Shown: positions 9,990 through 20,013, counted from the stretch's first letter. The stretch is 64,000 nucleotides of DNA from Burkholderiaceae bacterium (GCA_022843955.1 JALHMQ010000018.1:14560-78559); one strand, 5' to 3'. Made by a program: numbers and translations. The notes: a model not told the origin generated them from the sequence alone.

Positions 9990-10577
9990 TCAGGCGCCAA
10001 CCAGGCCTTTTTTCAGATCGCCATCGACGGGCTTGTCGCCGATCCAGATGCGCAGTACGGCAGCAAAGAAGTCGTCTCCCGGAATCACCGTGCCCTTGGA
10101 TTGGCCGTTGACCACCACGCGCGTACCGGCATCGGGAGTGAACTCGAAGTGGATGACGTCGCCCTTCTTCGTTTCGCCTACCACCTTCAAATTGGCGTTC
10201 AAGGCATCGATCTGCGCCTTGAAGCCCGCCAGTTGCTGCTCAGTCAGATTGGCACGCAATCCATCGTTGAGCGCTCCGCTGAAGGAGTCAGCGTCGACAT
10301 TGCGCAACATCGAGATCGCCATGCGGCGCGGTCCTTTCTGCGCCAGCAGCGCGGAAGCCGACGTCGCCTTTTGTGGGACATACAGCCCGGCCACGTAGAC
10401 CTTGAAGATCGCGCGCTTGCGTAGACCGACGCCGTTGAGTTGGAGCGCAGTGTTGCCAACCTGCGCCGTCGGTTCGAACTTCACTCCCTCGAGTTCCACT
10501 GTCTGAGCGGCCGCGCCACCCACCAGCGCGGCGAAGGCGGCAGCCAAAAACAGGCGCAGAAACTGAATGCGTTGCAT
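9990..10577 (-). CDS. Chalcone-isomerase-like (CHI-fold) periplasmic protein, paralog 1
   Basis: Lies in ORF 9990..10658. I moved the start to the ATG at 10577 (MQRIQFLRLFLAAAFAALVGGAAAQ), which gives a Sec signal peptide. It has the family motif KVYVAGLYVP and the C-terminal DLKKGLVG. Confidence 0.82.
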   Translation of the reverse strand: MQRIQFLRLFLAAAFAALVGGAAAQTVELEGVKFEPTAQVGNTALQLNGVGLRKRAIFKVYVAGLYVPQKATSASALLAQKGPRRMAISMLRNVDADSFSGALNDGLRANLTEQQLAGFKAQIDALNANLKVVGETKKGDVIHFEFTPDAGTRVVVNGQSKGTVIPGDDFFAAVLRIWIGDKPVDGDLKKGLVGA

Positions 10578-10641
10578 GGTGTGTCTCCCAGTTGTTATTG
10601 AATCAATGAAACAAGAATCAGTCGAGAACTGCCAAGCTTCC

Positions 10642-11265
10642 TCACAGACCCAGCACACCCTTTTTCAATCCCTCGTCGGCCGGGTAGGCACCGAGCCAGA
10701 CTCGCAACACGGCGTTGTAGAACGCTTCACCGCGCATCGAAGGAACCCTCGCAACCGAATTCTGCATGACCCTCGCACCGTCTTCCGGCGTGTAATCCCA
10801 GGTCACTTGGTCCGCACGGCGGGCCTGCACCATGGTGCCGATCACCTTTGATAGCGTCTGCCACTGGTCCTTCCAGGCGTCCAACTGCTGGTTGGTGTAG
10901 TGCTTGCGCATCCCGGCATCGAGCGACGTCATGAAAAGCTCGGCCTCGACATCACGGACGAAGCGCAGCGCCATCCTGCGAGGCCCGCGCTGAGACAGCA
11001 GCATCTCAGCATCCGAGCTACGGGTGGGAACATACAGCGCTGCGACGTAAACCGGAATGAATAGCCGCGTACGCACGCCCACGCCGTTGAGCAGCAAGTC
11101 GACACCACCGAGCCGTACCGTTGGCTCGAACCGGAACCCTCCTGCCTCCACCACCTGGGCGAACGTCTCGCCAGCGAGTCCGGCCGCGGCAGCGCCCAGC
11201 ATGCCCGTCATTACCCGGCGCCTCGAGAAGCATGCACCTGGTTGGTCGCGATCGACGTCGCTCAT
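10642..11265 (-). CDS. Chalcone-isomerase-like (CHI-fold) protein, paralog 2, with a Tat-like signal
   Basis: Lies in ORF 10642..11448. The likely ATG at 11265 overlaps the ispH stop as ATGA. The N-terminus [36 protein letters not shown] looks like a twin-arginine signal. It has the motifs [10 protein letters not shown] and GLKKGVLG. The start is uncertain; MTGMLG is an alternative. Confidence 0.78.
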   Translation of the reverse strand: MSDVDRDQPGACFSRRRVMTGMLGAAAAGLAGETFAQVVEAGGFRFEPTVRLGGVDLLLNGVGVRTRLFIPVYVAALYVPTRSSDAEMLLSQRGPRRMALRFVRDVEAELFMTSLDAGMRKHYTNQQLDAWKDQWQTLSKVIGTMVQARRADQVTWDYTPEDGARVMQNSVARVPSMRGEAFYNAVLRVWLGAYPADEGLKKGVLGL

Positions 11266-12200
11266 TGCACGGCCGTCGTCTTTCCCAGGCCACGCGGCAG
11301 TGGAAACACGACGTGCTCTTCTACCCCCTTCAGCGTGCGTACGCTGCGCGCGCCGAGCGACTTGAGGCGGTCGAGCAGCTGCTGAACCAGCAACTCGGGC
11401 GCCGATGCGCCCGCGGTCACGCCCACGCGATCCCGACCAGACAGCCACGACGGATCGAGGTCAGCCGCCGTATCGACCAGATAGGCCGGCACGCCGAATC
11501 GCTCGGCGACTTCGCGCAATCGATTGGAGTTGGAACTGGTTTCGCTGCCGATCACGATTACAAGATCGACCTGTGGCGCCATGAACTTGACGGCATCCTG
11601 CCGGTTCTGCGTCGCGTAGCAGATGTCCGCCTTCTTTGGTCCCTCGATCGACGGAAAGCGAGCCTCGAGTGCCGCCACCACGGCCGCCGCATCATCGAGT
11701 GACAGGGTGGTCTGCGTCACGAACGCGAGGCGGTCCGGATCGCGCACCTTCAGTCGCGCCACGTCATCGACCGTCTCCACGAGGTGCATGCCCTGATCGG
11801 CCTGGCCCATTGTTCCTTCAACTTCGGGGTGGCCGGCGTGTCCGACCATCACGATCTCGAGTCCTTGCGCGCGCATCTTCGCGACTTCGACGTGGACCTT
11901 GGTCACGAGCGGGCATGTGGCATCAAAGACATTCAAGCCGAGTGCCTTTGCTTCGTCCTGCACCGCTCGGGAGACCCCATGTGCGGAGAAGATCACCGTG
12001 CTGCCCGTCGGAACATCGGACAGCTGCTCGACGAACACCGCACCTTTCGCACGCAGGTCGCTCACGACGTAAGTGTTATGGACGATCTCGTGTTTCACGT
12101 AGATGGGCGCACCGTGCAGCGCGAGCGCACGCTCCACGATCTCGATCGCCCGATCAACACCCGCGCAGAATCCGCGCGGCTGGGCCAACAGGATATCCAT
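11262..12200 (-). CDS. ispH: 4-hydroxy-3-methylbut-2-enyl diphosphate reductase IspH/LytB
   Basis: Lies in ORF 11262..12203, whose first codon is TTG. The ATG at 12200 gives [26 protein letters not shown]... It has the conserved Cys ligands ([20 protein letters not shown]). Confidence 0.97.
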   Translation of the reverse strand: MDILLAQPRGFCAGVDRAIEIVERALALHGAPIYVKHEIVHNTYVVSDLRAKGAVFVEQLSDVPTGSTVIFSAHGVSRAVQDEAKALGLNVFDATCPLVTKVHVEVAKMRAQGLEIVMVGHAGHPEVEGTMGQADQGMHLVETVDDVARLKVRDPDRLAFVTQTTLSLDDAAAVVAALEARFPSIEGPKKADICYATQNRQDAVKFMAPQVDLVIVIGSETSSNSNRLREVAERFGVPAYLVDTAADLDPSWLSGRDRVGVTAGASAPELLVQQLLDRLKSLGARSVRTLKGVEEHVVFPLPRGLGKTTAVQ

Positions 12201-12649
12201 CAAAGAACTCCGATCACCTGCACGGAAAACCGCAACGGCATGCCAGCAAGTGGGTGATTGAAATCGACAACGACCTGCGCTTCGCCAAACGACTTGATCA
12301 CACCCGAGAAACGGCCCCCGTCGGCAGCGCGAAACTCGACCAGATCGCCGGCCACATACTCTGATTGCGGATCGGCATTCGCATCAAAGGTCGCGCGGGC
12401 CAAGGTCTGAACCAGATCCGGATGGCGCCGTCCATAGGCTTCGTCGGCTGCGAGATCGAAACAGCGCCGCTCGCCCTCGGCCAAACCGAGCAACCGCTCT
12501 TCGAGCACCGGCGTCAGCTGGCCAGCGCCCAGCTGCAGCGTGGCAGGCTTCAACGCGAGCGTGCTGACGATCTCGCGCTCCTCATCGTCGGCGAGGACGG
12601 CGAGTCGATAATGAAGCGTGACGTGGGAGTCCGGGCCGATCTGGGCCAT
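12200..12649 (-). CDS. fkpB: FKBP-type peptidyl-prolyl cis-trans isomerase (FkpB/SlpA type)
   Basis: 149 aa, with ..VTLHYRL.. and DFNHPLAG motifs. Its stop overlaps the ispH ATG by 1 nt (TGATG). This is the classical fkpB-ispH pairing. Confidence 0.9.
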   Translation of the reverse strand: MAQIGPDSHVTLHYRLAVLADDEEREIVSTLALKPATLQLGAGQLTPVLEERLLGLAEGERRCFDLAADEAYGRRHPDLVQTLARATFDANADPQSEYVAGDLVEFRAADGGRFSGVIKSFGEAQVVVDFNHPLAGMPLRFSVQVIGVL

Positions 12650-12691
12650 GGGTGCCTTACCAAAGCGAGAATTCTAACGAAGGGACCCTCG

Positions 12692-13366
12692 ATGGCGATC
12701 AAGGACTGGCCCGAATCAGAACGACCGAGAGAACGACTTCTTGCCCAGGGTGCTGCGGCCCTGTCGGACGCAGAACTGTTGGCGATATTCTTGCGCGTGG
12801 GCGTAACCGGACGCTCCGCGCTCGATCTGGCGACAGAATTGCTGAGCGAGTTTGGCAGCATCACAGGTCTGTTCGCGGCTCCGCTCGATGAGTTCGCGAA
12901 AATCAAGGGGCTGGGGCAGGCGAAGTACGTCCAACTCATGGCTGTACACGAGCTGGCCAAGCGCGCGCTGCACGAGGAGATCAAGCGCGACACGGTGCTC
13001 AACTCCCCGGACAAGGTTCGTGACTATCTGCGGCTGAGACTCGGCCCTCTGCAGCACGAGGTCTTCATGGCGCTGTTTCTCGATGCGCAGAATCGCCTGG
13101 TCTCCTCAGAAGAACTGTTCCGCGGAACCCTGACCCAAACGAGTGTCTACCCCCGCGAAGTCGTCAAGCGAGCGCTGGCCAACAATGCAGCCGCCGTGGT
13201 CTTTGCCCACAACCACCCGTCTGGCATCGCCGAACCGAGTCGGGCGGACGAGATGCTGACGCAGGCTCTCAAAAGCGCACTGCAGTTGGTGGACGTTCGG
13301 GTGCTCGATCACCTGGTCGTGGCGCAGTCGGGCGTGACGTCTTTCGCAGAGCGCGGACTGCTCTAG
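12692..13366 (+). CDS. radC: RadC-family JAB-domain protein (UPF0758)
   Basis: Lies in ORF 12365..13366. I moved the start to the ATG at 12692 ([37 protein letters not shown]..). It has the JAMM motif [14 protein letters not shown]. Confidence 0.93.
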   Translation: MAIKDWPESERPRERLLAQGAAALSDAELLAIFLRVGVTGRSALDLATELLSEFGSITGLFAAPLDEFAKIKGLGQAKYVQLMAVHELAKRALHEEIKRDTVLNSPDKVRDYLRLRLGPLQHEVFMALFLDAQNRLVSSEELFRGTLTQTSVYPREVVKRALANNAAAVVFAHNHPSGIAEPSRADEMLTQALKSALQLVDVRVLDHLVVAQSGVTSFAERGLL

Positions 13367-13514
13367 GCTTGAGCCAGGGAACAGGACCGGCGGGCGACTT
13401 GGCCCAGACGGTGCTTTCTGCCTATAATCCGCGGCTTTGCGTTTACTGGCGGCCGGGTGTCTTGGTCGGTTTCCAATGGGAACGCAGCGAATTCAACGAA
13501 TTAGGAGTCATGCG

Positions 13515-13748
13515 ATGGCACGTGTGTGTCAAGTCACCGGCAAGGGGCCGATGGTCGGCAACAACGTCTCGCACGCCAATAACAAGACGAAGCGCCGCTT
13601 CCTGCCCAACCTGCAATACCGGCGCTTCTGGGTCGAGAGTGAAAATCGCTGGGTGCGCCTGCGCATCAGCAATGCGGCGCTGCGCACGATCGACAAGAAC
13701 GGCATTGACGTCGTGCTGGCCGACCTTCGCGCACGCGGCGAAGTCTGA
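13515..13748 (+). CDS. rpmB: 50S ribosomal protein L28
   Basis: The ATG at 13515 is preceded by AGGAG. The product is [34 protein letters not shown].. (77 aa). Confidence 0.97.
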   Translation: MARVCQVTGKGPMVGNNVSHANNKTKRRFLPNLQYRRFWVESENRWVRLRISNAALRTIDKNGIDVVLADLRARGEV

Positions 13749-13772
13749 ACCGGCTATTGAAGGAGCAAAAAC

Positions 13773-13940
13773 ATGGCCAAGGGCGCGCGCGAAAAGATCA
13801 AGCTTGAATCAACGGCCGGCACCGGCCATTTCTACACGACGACGAAGAACAAGAAGACCACGCCCGACAAGCTGGCCTTCATGAAGTTCGACCCCGTCGC
13901 TCGTAAGCACGTTGAGTACAAGGAGATCAAGCTCAAGTAG
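13773..13940 (+). CDS. rpmG: 50S ribosomal protein L33
   Basis: Not in the ORF track because it is shorter than 60 aa. My translation is [61 protein letters not shown] lies upstream, and the gene directly follows rpmB. Confidence 0.95.
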   Translation: MAKGAREKIKLESTAGTGHFYTTTKNKKTTPDKLAFMKFDPVARKHVEYKEIKLK

Positions 13941-13957
13941 CTTGTGTCCCTGACTCA

Positions 13958-13990
13958 AGAAAAAAGCCCGGCGATGCCGGGCTTTTTTTT
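13958..13990. terminator. Bidirectional rho-independent terminator between rpmG and the convergent desaturase gene
   Basis: The sequence AAAAAAGCCCGGCGATGCCGGGCTTTTTTTT forms a GC stem (GCCCGGC/GCCGGGC) flanked by an A-run and a T-run. Confidence 0.88.
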
Positions 13991-14008
13991 GTCCGCAGCG
14001 CGTTGAAC

Positions 14009-15226
14009 TCACGCCGTCCCGTGTGAATGCGTAGTCGGCGCGTAACTGCGAATGCGCAGCGCTGCATTTTGCAGCGCCGCAATGCCGCTCGCTTCAGCGC
14101 GGGCGATCCAGTCCTGCAGATGTTCCAGCATTTGTTCACGCGAAACGCCTGTCCGGTCCCAGGTAGCGAGGAGTTCCGTACGCATCTCGACCATGGTACT
14201 GAGCATGCGACTCTGCGTCAGGACGTCACGAAATGTCTGCTGCTGGGCTGCCGGCAGCATGGACACGTCGCCTTTTCGAAGCCAACGGCGCAGGGCGGCA
14301 AACCGTTGCTGGTCGTCCGTCGAAAGGCGCATCTTTGCCAGTTCCTCTGAGTAGGCGCGTCGCAGGTCGCGCGAGTAGCGGGCGAGCAAGTCATAGCGGT
14401 ACGCGATCACCGCCTGCAGCGTTTCGCCATCGACGCGTTGCTTGGGGGTACCGAGCTTCTTGGGTACGGGCGCCACGCGCAGCACCTTGGCCAGCCCGAC
14501 CATCTCCATCAGACGAATGTACATCCAGCCGATGTCGAACTCGTACCACTTGGCCGACAGCTTGGCCGACGTCGGGAACGTATGGTGGTTGTTATGCAGT
14601 TCTTCCCCGCCGATGAGGATGCCCCAGGGGGAGATGTTGGTGCTGGCGTCTGCTGAATCGAAATTGCGGTAACCCCAGAAGTGTCCGATGCCATTGATCA
14701 CGCCAGCCGCGAAGAACGGAATCCACATCATCTGCACGCCCCACACTGCCAGCCCGGACCAGCCGAACAGGACGAGGTCGAGGCCGACCATGATGCCGCA
14801 GCCGTGCCACGTGAAACGCGAATACAGATTGCGCTCAAGCCAGTCGTTCGGCGTGCCATGGCCATACTTGGCGAGGGTTTCCTTGTTATCCGCCTCCGCC
14901 TTGTACAGCTCTGCACCCTCCCACAGGACCTTCTTCAGCCCGCGGGTCTGCGGGCTGTGCGGATCGTCTGGTGTCTCGCACTTCGCATGGTGCTTACGAT
15001 GGATCGACACCCACTCCTTGGTCTGCATGCCGGTGGTAAGCCAAAGCCACACCCGGAAGAAGTGACTGGGGAGCGGATGCAAATCCAGGCCGCGATGCGC
15101 CTGAGACCGATGCAGGAAGATAGTCACGCCGGCGATCGTGACGTGGGTCATCAGCAGCGTCGCGAGCACGACCTGCCACCAGGCCAGGTCGAGCACGCCA
15201 CCGTCGAGGAACTCAAACAGGTACAT
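14009..15226 (-). CDS. Membrane fatty-acid (acyl-CoA/acyl-lipid) delta-9 desaturase
   Basis: 405 aa with three His boxes (HRSQAH, HRKHHAKCETPDDPHSP, HNNHHTF) and N-terminal TM segments. GGAG lies upstream of the ATG at 15226. Confidence 0.9.
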   Translation of the reverse strand: MYLFEFLDGGVLDLAWWQVVLATLLMTHVTIAGVTIFLHRSQAHRGLDLHPLPSHFFRVWLWLTTGMQTKEWVSIHRKHHAKCETPDDPHSPQTRGLKKVLWEGAELYKAEADNKETLAKYGHGTPNDWLERNLYSRFTWHGCGIMVGLDLVLFGWSGLAVWGVQMMWIPFFAAGVINGIGHFWGYRNFDSADASTNISPWGILIGGEELHNNHHTFPTSAKLSAKWYEFDIGWMYIRLMEMVGLAKVLRVAPVPKKLGTPKQRVDGETLQAVIAYRYDLLARYSRDLRRAYSEELAKMRLSTDDQQRFAALRRWLRKGDVSMLPAAQQQTFRDVLTQSRMLSTMVEMRTELLATWDRTGVSREQMLEHLQDWIARAEASGIAALQNAALRIRSYAPTTHSHGTA

Positions 15227-15424
15227 GCAATCTCCATTGACACGGCGTCACGGCGCCGCTGCTCGATATCGGTGCGAAAGTATGGAAGCGCGGCTCCTCA
15301 GCCGTGCCTCCAATTGTACGGATCGAAACAGCTGCCGCCCATCCCTGACTGGCAACCCCGAGGCCGTTCATGGCTCGTGCCAGGGTACCCAAGTGCAGCG
15401 GAACGCTGCATTCCGATGCTTGTC

Positions 15425-16792
15425 CTAGGCAGCACGTCCTGCCACGACGTCGGCGCGTCCGATGGATGTCCGCATCGCTCCGAGTCCGCTCGCCGCAACA
15501 TCATCGTGCACGTGCGGCAAGGCCACACCGGCCGCCTTGAGTCGCTTGAAAAGCGACAATGCCAACGCTGATTGCACCGCCTGGCGCCCCGCATCGACAT
15601 CGCCCACCCACAAGGCGACTTCGAACTCGAGGCCGTTCGCACCGAAGCCAAGCAGCGCCACGAAAGGCGCCGGTTCGGACAGCACGTTCGGCTGCTCGCG
15701 TGCCGCTTCTTGCATCAGGCTCATCGCCAGGTTCACGTCAGCGTCGTCTCTGATCGACACCTTGACAGCGACACGCTGCTTCTTGTCGCTGAAGGTGTGA
15801 TTCGTCACCGCCTGCGCCACCAGCATTTCGTTCGGCACCACCGCTTCAGTGCCGTCCACGGAGCGCAGCACCGTATAACGCGTCTTGATCTGCGTGACCG
15901 TACCTTGGTACTTGTCGACTGTGATGAGGTCGCCAATCCGCAGGCTCCGATCGAGCAGGATGATGAAGCCGCTCACGTAGTTGCTTGCAATACGCTGCAG
16001 GCCCAGACCGAGTCCCACGCCGAGTGCGCCTCCGAACACCGAGAGCACCGTCAGATCGATGCCCACCAGCGACAGTGCGACCAGCACACCGAGCAGGACC
16101 AGGATCGCCTGCAGCAGCCGCGACAGCACCGCGCGCACGTTGGTGTCGATGGTCGTCGCGCGCGCCAGGCGCGCCTCGATCACGGAACCCAGCCAAAGTG
16201 CGCCAAGCAGCGTCACCACCACCGACACGGCACCGCTCAGGACGACCCAGAGCGACACTCTGCTGGCGCCCAGCGGCAGCGTGGTGTGCTCCAGCCAGGC
16301 AATCACTGCACCAAGCCATCCCACTGCGTGCAGTGCGACAAGCAGCCAGATCGAAACGGCGATGCCGCGCTCGAAGGCAGCGATCATGGTGAGGCTCTTG
16401 AACACGCGACGCAGCACGTAAACCAAGAGCCTGATCACTGCCATGGCGGCGAACAAGGTCATCGCCAGCCGCAGCAACCGCGCGTCAGTGCTCGATGTCA
16501 TCAGTCCAGTCAGACGCAGGCCGGCTTCTCCCAACCAGAGGATCGCCTGACCAGCCAGCGGAAAAGCCAGCCGGCGCACGCCCTCGATGGAAAACTGCAG
16601 CGCATCGACCGTCGGATTGACAGCGCGGCGCTGTCGATCGAGCCGGTCCTGGGTGCGCGCCCGCACGAGTCGGGACACCACCTGCGCACCAGCAATCGCG
16701 GCCACCACAACGATCAGCGTCCAGAAGTGGTAGGGGCGGCCCAGCCCTTCGCTGACCGCCGCGACCAGTTCGCTCAATGGCGTGTCTGTCAT
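15425..16792 (-). CDS. Mechanosensitive ion channel family protein (MscS-like)
   Basis: 455 aa with multiple TM helices followed by a conserved MscS core (ASNYVSGFIILLDRSLRIGDLITVDKYQGTVTQIKTRYTVLRSVDGTEAVVPNEML). AGGAG lies upstream of the ATG. Confidence 0.9.
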   Translation of the reverse strand: MTDTPLSELVAAVSEGLGRPYHFWTLIVVVAAIAGAQVVSRLVRARTQDRLDRQRRAVNPTVDALQFSIEGVRRLAFPLAGQAILWLGEAGLRLTGLMTSSTDARLLRLAMTLFAAMAVIRLLVYVLRRVFKSLTMIAAFERGIAVSIWLLVALHAVGWLGAVIAWLEHTTLPLGASRVSLWVVLSGAVSVVVTLLGALWLGSVIEARLARATTIDTNVRAVLSRLLQAILVLLGVLVALSLVGIDLTVLSVFGGALGVGLGLGLQRIASNYVSGFIILLDRSLRIGDLITVDKYQGTVTQIKTRYTVLRSVDGTEAVVPNEMLVAQAVTNHTFSDKKQRVAVKVSIRDDADVNLAMSLMQEAAREQPNVLSEPAPFVALLGFGANGLEFEVALWVGDVDAGRQAVQSALALSLFKRLKAAGVALPHVHDDVAASGLGAMRTSIGRADVVAGRAA

Positions 16793-16810
16793 CTTCCGCT
16801 CCTACCCGAC

Positions 16811-18280
16811 TCAGTCGCGGCGCCGCTCCAGAACGGCAGCGAAGAAGCCGTCGGTGCCATGCAGGTGCGGCAGCATCACGAAGTACGGCGCGAAACGGGC
16901 TGCCTGATCGATCTCGATGCCCTGCAGTGCGAGTACCTCTGCCGCATCGATCGCGGTGAACTGTGGAGCATCGCGCAGGAAGGCGGCGATCACGTCCTGG
17001 TTCTCGCAAGTGAGCAGCGAACAGGTGGCATACACCAACCGACCTCCGGGCTTGACCAGGCGGGCGGCCGCCCGCAGCACACTGGCCTGGACCTCGTTGA
17101 CGCGCGCCAGTTCCGTTTCATCGAAGCGCCACTTCAGATCGGGATTCCGACGCAGCGTGCCACTGCCCGAACACGGCGCATCGACCAGCACCCGGTCGAT
17201 CTTGCCGGCCAGTCGCTTCACTTTCGGATCGTTCTCGCTGTGAATGGCGGCCGGATGCACGTTCGACAGACCACTGCGCTTCAGACGCGGCCCGAAACCA
17301 GCGAGACGCTTGGCATTGATGTCGAACGCATAGATGCGCCCGCTGGAGCGCATCAGGCTGCCCAGCGCGAGCGTCTTGCCCCCGGCACCGGCGCAGAAGT
17401 CGACCACCATTTCGCCCCGTCTCGGCGCGACCAGGCGCGCGATCAACTGGCTGCCCTCGTCCTGCACTTCGATCTGGCCGTCGCGATACAGGCTCCAGCG
17501 CGTCAGAGCCGGCTTCTCGTGCAGCCGGATACCCTCCGGTGAGAAGCGCGTGGCCTGCGCATCGGTCGGCGCGTGCTCGCGAGTGGCCGCACTCAGGTCA
17601 GCGAGCACATCGTCGCGATCAGCCTTCATGCCATTGACGCGCAAGTCCAGCGGCGCCGGCAGCGTCATCGCGGCAAACAGCGCCTCGGCGTCCACGTACT
17701 GGGCCTGCACGCGGGTGTACAGCCACAGCGGCAGCTCGGCCCGGATCGCGCCGGGTGCGGTAGAAAGATCCAGGGCGAGCGAGTTGCGCACCGCGCGCTC
17801 GTCGCCGCGCAGTTCGCGCGGACTGATGGCGGCGATGCCGAACTGGCGAGCGAGCGTCACCAATGCCGCCAGTCGTGGCGCACGCGCCGCAACCGCAGGC
17901 TGCAGCAGCCACTTGAGCGTCGCATAGCGGCGCAGCGCGTGAAAGCAAGCTTCCGCAATCACGCTGCGGTCACGACTGCCGAGCAGCGCGTGCTGCTTGA
18001 AAAAGCGCGACATGATGGCGTCGGCCGGTCCGTCAAAGCGAAGCACGAGGCCCAGCAGCCAGCTCAGGTGATCGACGACCACATCGGTGATACGCGGCTC
18101 GTTGGGATTGCGCAGCGGATCGTCGTCCTCGCGCGGGCGGGGGCGCACTGAACGCGGCGGCGGCGCGCCCTGCGGGCGGCGCGCTTCGCGTGAAGGCGGC
18201 TCACCTCGCGACGGCCGCGGGCCTGTGCGCGACGGACGTGACTTGCTCGGCGCCCGCAGCGGGCTCTTGCGCGTCACCAT
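16811..18280 (-). CDS. rsmB: 16S rRNA (cytosine967-C5)-methyltransferase RsmB/Sun, with an Arg/Pro-rich N-terminal extension
   Basis: 489 aa with an NusB-like domain and SAM-MTase motifs (VVDFCAGAGGKTLALG, DRVLVDAPCSGSGTLRRNPDLKWR, YATCSL). Confidence 0.92.
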   Translation of the reverse strand: MVTRKSPLRAPSKSRPSRTGPRPSRGEPPSREARRPQGAPPPRSVRPRPREDDDPLRNPNEPRITDVVVDHLSWLLGLVLRFDGPADAIMSRFFKQHALLGSRDRSVIAEACFHALRRYATLKWLLQPAVAARAPRLAALVTLARQFGIAAISPRELRGDERAVRNSLALDLSTAPGAIRAELPLWLYTRVQAQYVDAEALFAAMTLPAPLDLRVNGMKADRDDVLADLSAATREHAPTDAQATRFSPEGIRLHEKPALTRWSLYRDGQIEVQDEGSQLIARLVAPRRGEMVVDFCAGAGGKTLALGSLMRSSGRIYAFDINAKRLAGFGPRLKRSGLSNVHPAAIHSENDPKVKRLAGKIDRVLVDAPCSGSGTLRRNPDLKWRFDETELARVNEVQASVLRAAARLVKPGGRLVYATCSLLTCENQDVIAAFLRDAPQFTAIDAAEVLALQGIEIDQAARFAPYFVMLPHLHGTDGFFAAVLERRRD

Positions 18281-18924
18281 GCCGCCACTGCAACTTCCTG
18301 GTCATGGCCGGCCTGCACATGAACCCTGCCGTCGCGCAGGCTGACTGCGCCCTGCAGCAGCAGCCGCACGCAGCGCGGCAGGAGCACATGCTCCTGCACC
18401 AGCACCCGCTCTGCGAGCGTCTCCTCGGTGTCATCTGCGCGCACTGGAACCACGCTCTGGCCGATGATGGCGCCGCCATCGACCTCATGAGAAACGAAGT
18501 GCACCGTCGCCCCGTGAACGCGCACGCCGCTGGCCAGCGCCTGGCGGTGAGTGGCCAGTCCCGGAAACGCCGGCAACAACGATGGATGGATGTTGATCAG
18601 CCGCCCCGCGTAATGCGACACGAAGCGTTGCGTCAGTACCCGCATGAAACCAGCCAGTACGACGAGCGCTGGCTGATGCGCATCGATCGCCTGCATCAGT
18701 GCCACGTCAAACGCATCGCGCGACGGAAACGCGCCGTGTTCGAGCACCTGCGTGGGCACGCCCGCGGCTTTGGCCCTGGCCAGCCCGGCCGCGCCAGGTC
18801 GATTACTGATCACGGCGGCGATACGGGCATCGAGCGTCTCGGCCCAGCGCTCCGCGCCAGCCGCAGCGAGCAGCGCTTCCAGGTTGCTTCCGCGCCCGGA
18901 GATCAGGCAGACGATGTTCTTCAT
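18274..18924 (-). CDS. purN: Phosphoribosylglycinamide formyltransferase PurN
   Basis: This is the C-terminal 216 codons of ORF 18274..19950. I moved the start to the ATG at 18924 (MKNIVCLISGRGSNLEALL..). It has the motifs INIHPSLLP and HFVSHEVDGGAII. The upstream part of the ORF is antisense to ribF. Confidence 0.93.
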   Translation of the reverse strand: MKNIVCLISGRGSNLEALLAAAGAERWAETLDARIAAVISNRPGAAGLARAKAAGVPTQVLEHGAFPSRDAFDVALMQAIDAHQPALVVLAGFMRVLTQRFVSHYAGRLINIHPSLLPAFPGLATHRQALASGVRVHGATVHFVSHEVDGGAIIGQSVVPVRADDTEETLAERVLVQEHVLLPRCVRLLLQGAVSLRDGRVHVQAGHDQEVAVAAW

Positions 18925-19035
18925 AAGGCGGCGCATTCTACGCAGGGCGGCGCATTCCCTCGGAAAATCAAGGAGTTCCCCCGCCGACCGGAGCGCTTGC
19001 GACCGTATAATCGCGCCCCTTTCGCTCGGCTTCGA

Positions 19036-20013
19036 ATGAAGATCTTCCGCGGCCTTCCTGCAGTTCCTGCCCGGGTGCCGGTAGCGCTCACGATCGGCAA
19101 TTTCGACGGTGTGCACCGCGGTCACCAGGCGCTGCTGGCGCAGGTTGTGACGGTCGCGCGCGCGCGCGGACTGGCGCCTGCAGTGATGACGTTCGAACCG
19201 CACCCGCGCGAGTTCTTCACGCCGGAGCAGGCGCCCGCACGAATCTCCAACTTGCGCGACAAGATCGACGCCTTGGCTGCTGCCGGCATCGAGTGCGTCT
19301 TCATCCAGCATTTCAACCGGCGCTTCGCCCAGTTGTCGGCCGATGCGTTCATCGAGCAGGTGCTGGTCGACGGTTGTCGCGCACGTTGGCTGATGATCGG
19401 CGACGACTTCCGCTTTGGCGCGCGGCGCGCCGGCGATGTCGGCCTGCTGCGCACACACGCACGTGCTGGCGGTTACGAAGTCGTGCAAAGCCATACCGTG
19501 TGCGACGACGGCGAGCGCATCTCCAGTTCCGCGGTTCGAAGTGCGCTGGCCGCTGGCGATCTTCCGCTGGCACAGCAACTCCTTGGCCGACCGTATGCGA
19601 TCAGTTCCCGAGTACAGCATGGCGCCAAGCTCGGCCGCAGCCTCGGCTTCCCGACGCTCAACCTGCGCATCGCCCATGCGCGCAAGATGCGGCGCCCTGC
19701 GCTGCATGGCGTGTTCGCTGTTCGCATCCACGGGCTCGGCCAGACGCCACGTAGCGGCGTCGCCAGCATGGGCCTGCGACCCACCGTGGACGACAGCGGC
19801 CGCTGGTTGCTCGAAGTGCATGTGTTTGACTTCTCCGAGCAGGTTTATGGACGCCTGGTGCGCGTGGAGTTCATCCGCAAACTGCGCGACGAGGTGCGTT
19901 ACGACACGCTGGCCGAGTTGACGCACGCCATCGGCCGTGATGCCGACCATGCCCGCGCGCTGTTGTCCTCGGCCGACGAGGCACCCGCTTCCTCCGCTCA
20001 GGCGACAATCTGA
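19036..20013 (+). CDS. ribF: Bifunctional riboflavin kinase / FMN adenylyltransferase RibF
   Basis: Lies in ORF 18190..20013. I moved the start to the ATG at 19036 (MKIFRGLPAVPARVPVALTIGNFDGVHRGHQALL..). Confidence 0.94.
   Translation: MKIFRGLPAVPARVPVALTIGNFDGVHRGHQALLAQVVTVARARGLAPAVMTFEPHPREFFTPEQAPARISNLRDKIDALAAAGIECVFIQHFNRRFAQLSADAFIEQVLVDGCRARWLMIGDDFRFGARRAGDVGLLRTHARAGGYEVVQSHTVCDDGERISSSAVRSALAAGDLPLAQQLLGRPYAISSRVQHGAKLGRSLGFPTLNLRIAHARKMRRPALHGVFAVRIHGLGQTPRSGVASMGLRPTVDDSGRWLLEVHVFDFSEQVYGRLVRVEFIRKLRDEVRYDTLAELTHAIGRDADHARALLSSADEAPASSAQATI

Noticed and set aside
12692-13366. RadC as part of a defence or mobile island
   Set aside because: It sits in the conserved radC-rpmB-rpmG housekeeping context with no anti-phage or plasmid genes nearby.
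15572-17542. 656-aa plus-strand ORF
   Set aside because: It is antisense to the well-supported MscS-like and rsmB genes. Its product is a low-complexity Arg/His/Gln-rich sequence.
18925-19950. Upstream 340 codons of the ORF containing purN, and the upstream part (18190-19035) of the ORF containing ribF
   Set aside because: Each extension is antisense to the other gene's real coding region. Homology starts at internal ATGs (18924 and 19036).
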